A model generated the notes under the pieces. The model searched no databases, was not told the DNA's origin, and saw nothing but the letters and a program-made list of their open reading frames with translations. A stretch of DNA of 20,954 nucleotides from a bacterium. GTDB taxonomy: Bacteria > Babelota > Babeliae > Babelales > JABCYS01. The position numbers were made by a program, and so were the translations under genes. Position 1 is the first letter of the stretch. The number at the start of each line of letters is the position of its first letter. This document shows, one piece after another, positions 16,285-20,954 of the stretch. The stretch lies in the NCBI GenBank assembly GCA_027452085.1, contig DAIDHG010000001.1, positions 1 to 20,954 of the forward strand. The letters run 5' to 3'.

Positions 16285-17377
16285 GTGCCAACTCCGTTTC
16301 AATTAAATGATTAATAAGTTTTGTGTGCGACATGCCCACCTCGGCCGCTTGTCTGAAAATAAAGCTTGAAGGGCCCATGCCAGTGAGGGTATTTGGGTCA
16401 ATGATAACCACTCGTTTGTCCGGCGTTAAGAAGCCGTCAATGCGAGCCATGTTTGAAAATTCCAAACAGTGCATGACGCGCAAACAGGTTTGTTGAATGA
16501 GTTGAATCTCATCATCAGTGCATCGTGCCGGTGTGTATTTCATGGCGCGGCCAGGCATATATTTTTGATCATAGGTATAAAAATCAGACCCAGCTTCGTG
16601 CACGATTTCGGTCGGTGGCATAAAGAGCGGCGAACCATCAATGTTGGTCAATATAATGCAGGTGAATTCCATGCCCTCAATTTTCTCTTCAACCATAACG
16701 CTCTGTTGTATGCCACTATTTGCATGGCAGGCGGCGATGAGTGCGGGCAAAAGTTCCTCTTCCTTTTTAACGACAGACATACCAAGGCTACTTCCCTCTT
16801 TGTGAGGTTTTATGATAAGGGGAAGGTGCAAACCCTGAGCCTGCGTTTGTATGGAAGGATGAGCATCTGATGAAATGATGTTCAGAATTTTGCTTGGATT
16901 TTGTTGCAGGAACTGAATTTCATGGGGCTCCAAAACGATACCATGCGGAACGGCAATGCCATGCGCGGCAAGAATCTTTTTTTGAATAGCCTTATCCATG
17001 CCTATGGCGCTGCCAAGGAGCTTTGCTCCTAAATAGGGAATGCCCAGCAACGCAAGCATTCCTTGAAGCGTGCCATCTTCGGCATAGCGACCATGCATGG
17101 CAATATACACAAAGTCGATCAGTGAAGGCAGGTCATCCCAGGTAATAGATGTTGCCTCTGTAGCGAGGCGGTGTTCAAAATCGCTAATCTTGCCACGTGA
17201 TAAAAAGCGCCACGGTAGTAGATAGAGTGCACCACTGCTCTGTTGAAAAATAGGAATTACTTCATATTGAGAACTATCAAGATGATCGCAGATAGTGCGA
17301 CCTGAATTAAATGACACTTCACGTTCAATTGATTTGCCGCCCATAAGGACGCCGACACGAGTTTTTATTGTGTGCAT
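16271..17377 (-). CDS. ddl: D-alanine--D-alanine ligase family ATP-grasp protein (paralog 1)
   Basis: Motifs VLMGGKSIEREVSFNSG, AMHGRYAEDGTLQG, SAIGMDK, IKPHKEGSSLG, FYTYDQKY, ARIDGF and DPNTLTGM. Confidence 0.88.
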   Translation of the reverse strand: MHTIKTRVGVLMGGKSIEREVSFNSGRTICDHLDSSQYEVIPIFQQSSGALYLLPWRFLSRGKISDFEHRLATEATSITWDDLPSLIDFVYIAMHGRYAEDGTLQGMLALLGIPYLGAKLLGSAIGMDKAIQKKILAAHGIAVPHGIVLEPHEIQFLQQNPSKILNIISSDAHPSIQTQAQGLHLPLIIKPHKEGSSLGMSVVKKEEELLPALIAACHANSGIQQSVMVEEKIEGMEFTCIILTNIDGSPLFMPPTEIVHEAGSDFYTYDQKYMPGRAMKYTPARCTDDEIQLIQQTCLRVMHCLEFSNMARIDGFLTPDKRVVIIDPNTLTGMGPSSFIFRQAAEVGMSHTKLINHLIETELAHGPY

Positions 17378-17441
17378 ATGCGTGTTGAAGTTAACCTGCT
17401 AAAATTTAAGAACAATATAAATCATTTTTTAGGAATGTTCG

Positions 17442-18017
17442 ATGGTCAAAAGTACACACAATTTGGTTTGGATCGATTGCGAAATGACAGGGCTCAATTT
17501 TGATACCGATACCATTCTGGAAATTGCCGTTGTCATAACCGATGGTCATTTAAACATTATTGCCGAAGGCCCATCCTTGGTCATCCACCAATCTGACGCC
17601 GTCTTAGAGAAAATGGGCCCCTGGTGTCAAAAGCAGCATCGCAAATCTAAATTGTATGAAGATGTGCAACAATCAACTTTGACCATGGCCCAAGCTGAAG
17701 AGCAAATTCTTCAATTTATAGATCAGTACGTGCCGCCCAAAACATCTCCGATGTGTGGAAGCACGGTTTGGAACGACCGCGTATTTATCATGAAGCATAT
17801 GCCAAAGGTGAGCGATTATTTGCATTATCGTTGTTTAGATGTTGCCGCCGTTAAAGAGCTTGTTTTGCGCTGGTACTCTTTTTCATTGAAAGACCAATCC
17901 CCAATTACTGGCAAGCAGGAATTGCATCGTGCATTGCCTGATATCTACGATTCAATTAAAGAGCTCCAAATCTATAAAGACCGGTTTTTTGTGCCGATAA
18001 TTCCGAGCGCCGAATAG
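17442..18017 (+). CDS. orn: Oligoribonuclease
   Basis: NLVWIDCEMTGL, ILEIA, YLHYRCLDV and HRALPDIYDSIKEL (DEDDh family); AGGA SD. Confidence 0.95.
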   Translation: MVKSTHNLVWIDCEMTGLNFDTDTILEIAVVITDGHLNIIAEGPSLVIHQSDAVLEKMGPWCQKQHRKSKLYEDVQQSTLTMAQAEEQILQFIDQYVPPKTSPMCGSTVWNDRVFIMKHMPKVSDYLHYRCLDVAAVKELVLRWYSFSLKDQSPITGKQELHRALPDIYDSIKELQIYKDRFFVPIIPSAE

Positions 18018-18542
18018 TTATCGCATCTTTTGAACTTGAAGTTGTGCATCATCGCCCAATGGCGCGCCAAGTTTTTTATAGGCGCTAAGCACCATATAAC
18101 GCACCCGCTCTTTGAGAGGTCGCTCAACTTTTGCTTGTATGGCTGCGCGGTTTGGGTCATCGTTTTTTTCTAAGATGAGTATCGCGAAATAATGTGGCGC
18201 CTCAAAGCTATTGAGCTTTTCTTTGTCATAGAAATTGTAGTGGCGTTTGTTGTAGGTAATAGAAATGCTATCAAGCTGGCTTGCCGGGTTTGGCAGAGTA
18301 AAGCAGCCACGGGCATTGACTGGAACGATTGTTGATTGGCGCTTCTCCTTTTTTGAGCGCAGCGCGATCTCGACCTCCTGGTCTGTCTTATTATGAACGA
18401 TGACGGTGCTTGCCACGTCACATTGTGCGGCGTTTTGCGTGAGCACTGATCTAATAAAATGACTGGCATATCCCAAGAGCCCAATCATGATCACAATAAA
18501 AACCGCTACAAAGACGATACGCAAAATCTTTTTTTGCTCCAT
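18018..18542 (-). CDS. Hypothetical protein with one N-terminal transmembrane helix
   Basis: 174-aa ORF with GGAG SD; basic residues followed by IVFVAVFIVIMIGLLGYA; its stop codon abuts the orn stop codon. Confidence 0.7.
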   Translation of the reverse strand: MEQKKILRIVFVAVFIVIMIGLLGYASHFIRSVLTQNAAQCDVASTVIVHNKTDQEVEIALRSKKEKRQSTIVPVNARGCFTLPNPASQLDSISITYNKRHYNFYDKEKLNSFEAPHYFAILILEKNDDPNRAAIQAKVERPLKERVRYMVLSAYKKLGAPLGDDAQLQVQKMR

Positions 18543-18621
18543 AGTATTTTCTCCAAATTCTATTAACCTTCTTTTCCCGTCGTCGGATACGACTGGATGA
18601 GTTATCTTTAGTATAGAATGA

Positions 18622-20064
<1,443 letters not shown>

Positions 20065-20115
20065 GTTGTGCCGTCATAGAGTTCCTACAATCTATCAATG
20101 AACTCAAAAATTCAT

Positions 20116-20148
20116 AAAAAAAGAGCCGTTCAATTGAACGGCTCTTTT
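20116..20148. terminator. Bidirectional intrinsic terminator between atpD and the convergent gene
   Basis: Perfect 30-bp palindrome AAAAGAGCCGTTCAATTGAACGGCTCTTTT (20119-20148), with A/T tracts on both sides. Confidence 0.85.
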
Positions 20149-20174
20149 CATGCCTATATCTTTTGGCGAACTCT

Positions 20175-20954
20175 TTAGAGTCCTTGGGCCAAAGGTGAAG
20201 ATGAATTGCTTGTTTGCGGTAACGCAAGTAATGGTTTACGCGGTTTGCTCTCATCAAGTTTGTTGAGCCAATCAATTATCCTTTGCGGGTCAAGCGCACC
20301 TAATGGGGATGAATCTGTAAATCGCCTGCCTGATCTGCGCAGCGGATCAACAACCGTATCGCGCAAGGCCTCAAGCAATCGTATGCGTTGAGCTACCGTG
20401 AGCTCATTCATATCAATGATAAAATCTCTAAATGCAAACGCATGTTTGGCAACGGCACGGTATTCATCATAGATATCGCCTTGAAAAGCAGCACGATTTG
20501 CAAGATAGGTATCGGTGTTGCTGTGTACCTCTTCGGCCTTTTTCTGAATTTCCGCCAAATAGTTTTCCATATATACGCCAGGTCTTTGACCATGGAGCAT
20601 AGCGATTAAGCCTCGTATACGAAGCATAGGTCCGTGCAAGCCAGGAGAAAAATGCTTCGGGCCGGGTTGTTTAAGCCAGCTATGAATCTGCGCAAGATAA
20701 TCAGCGGCTTTTTGTAGTAGCATAATGCGCATGGCAACATTGATCTGTGCACAATCTGCAATTGACGTAGCAAAAGCTTCCACTGCATTTTCTATTTGCT
20801 CTGCCTTTTTGCCTTTTATAAAATCCTCTTCATGATACGGGCCAGAGTCATACGAGGTTTCTGTTTTAATGCTGCGATCAATCGGCTCTGGTGATCTGTT
20901 GAAGGCATCAAAGATTTTTTCAATGTTTTGCAGCTGATTTTGAAGCACTGAGGC
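20175..20954 (-). CDS. Hypothetical protein, 5' end outside the window
   Basis: The frame is open to the window edge (at least 259 codons), looks helical and hydrophilic, and ends just before the terminator. I recognise no motif. Confidence 0.7.
   Translation of the reverse strand, partial: ASVLQNQLQNIEKIFDAFNRSPEPIDRSIKTETSYDSGPYHEEDFIKGKKAEQIENAVEAFATSIADCAQINVAMRIMLLQKAADYLAQIHSWLKQPGPKHFSPGLHGPMLRIRGLIAMLHGQRPGVYMENYLAEIQKKAEEVHSNTDTYLANRAAFQGDIYDEYRAVAKHAFAFRDFIIDMNELTVAQRIRLLEALRDTVVDPLRRSGRRFTDSSPLGALDPQRIIDWLNKLDESKPRKPLLALPQTSNSSSPLAQGL

Noticed and set aside
16271..16302. Ddl pair as a frameshifted pseudogene
   Set aside because: The second ORF has its own SD and ATG exactly at the Ddl N-terminal motif, and both halves are full length.
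20128..20139. GTTC-AATT-GAAC as a Gram-positive LexA box
   Set aside because: The half-sites are inverted relative to GAAC-N4-GTTC, and it is part of a terminator stem between convergent genes.

Overview
This is an ordinary-looking bacterial chromosomal window of mostly housekeeping genes, with a small accessory cluster at the left. In order: a membrane-anchored TPR protein; two tandem nitroreductase paralogs; umuC and umuD arranged divergently; an MBL-fold hydrolase; a YhcG/DUF1016 PD-(D/E)XK nuclease; a small secreted 6-Cys protein; a K+-dependent membrane pyrophosphatase (hppA); gatB; an RNase E/G; an OmpA/Pal-like lipoprotein; ruvA; tRNA-Gly(GCC); a Jag-N-only protein; mnmE; two coupled, differently diverged D-Ala-D-Ala ligase paralogs; orn; a hypothetical membrane protein; a stand-alone atpD; and a partial hypothetical gene. 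I saw no CRISPR array, transposase, integrase or rRNA. The broken-up operons and many signal-peptide proteins suggest a host-associated lineage such as Babeliae/Dependentiae (TM6); this is an unverified inference. Most notable: (1) mnmE has no canonical in-frame start for its conserved N-terminus, so it needs an ATT start, a frameshift from an overlapping uORF, or a sequence correction; (2) two normally cytoplasmic enzymes (a nitroreductase and a YhcG nuclease) appear to have gained signal peptides; (3) the Ddl pair has complementary motif changes, including Tyr->Phe in the omega loop, and the OmpA domain lacks its mDAP-binding Asp; (4) umuC and umuD are head-to-head.
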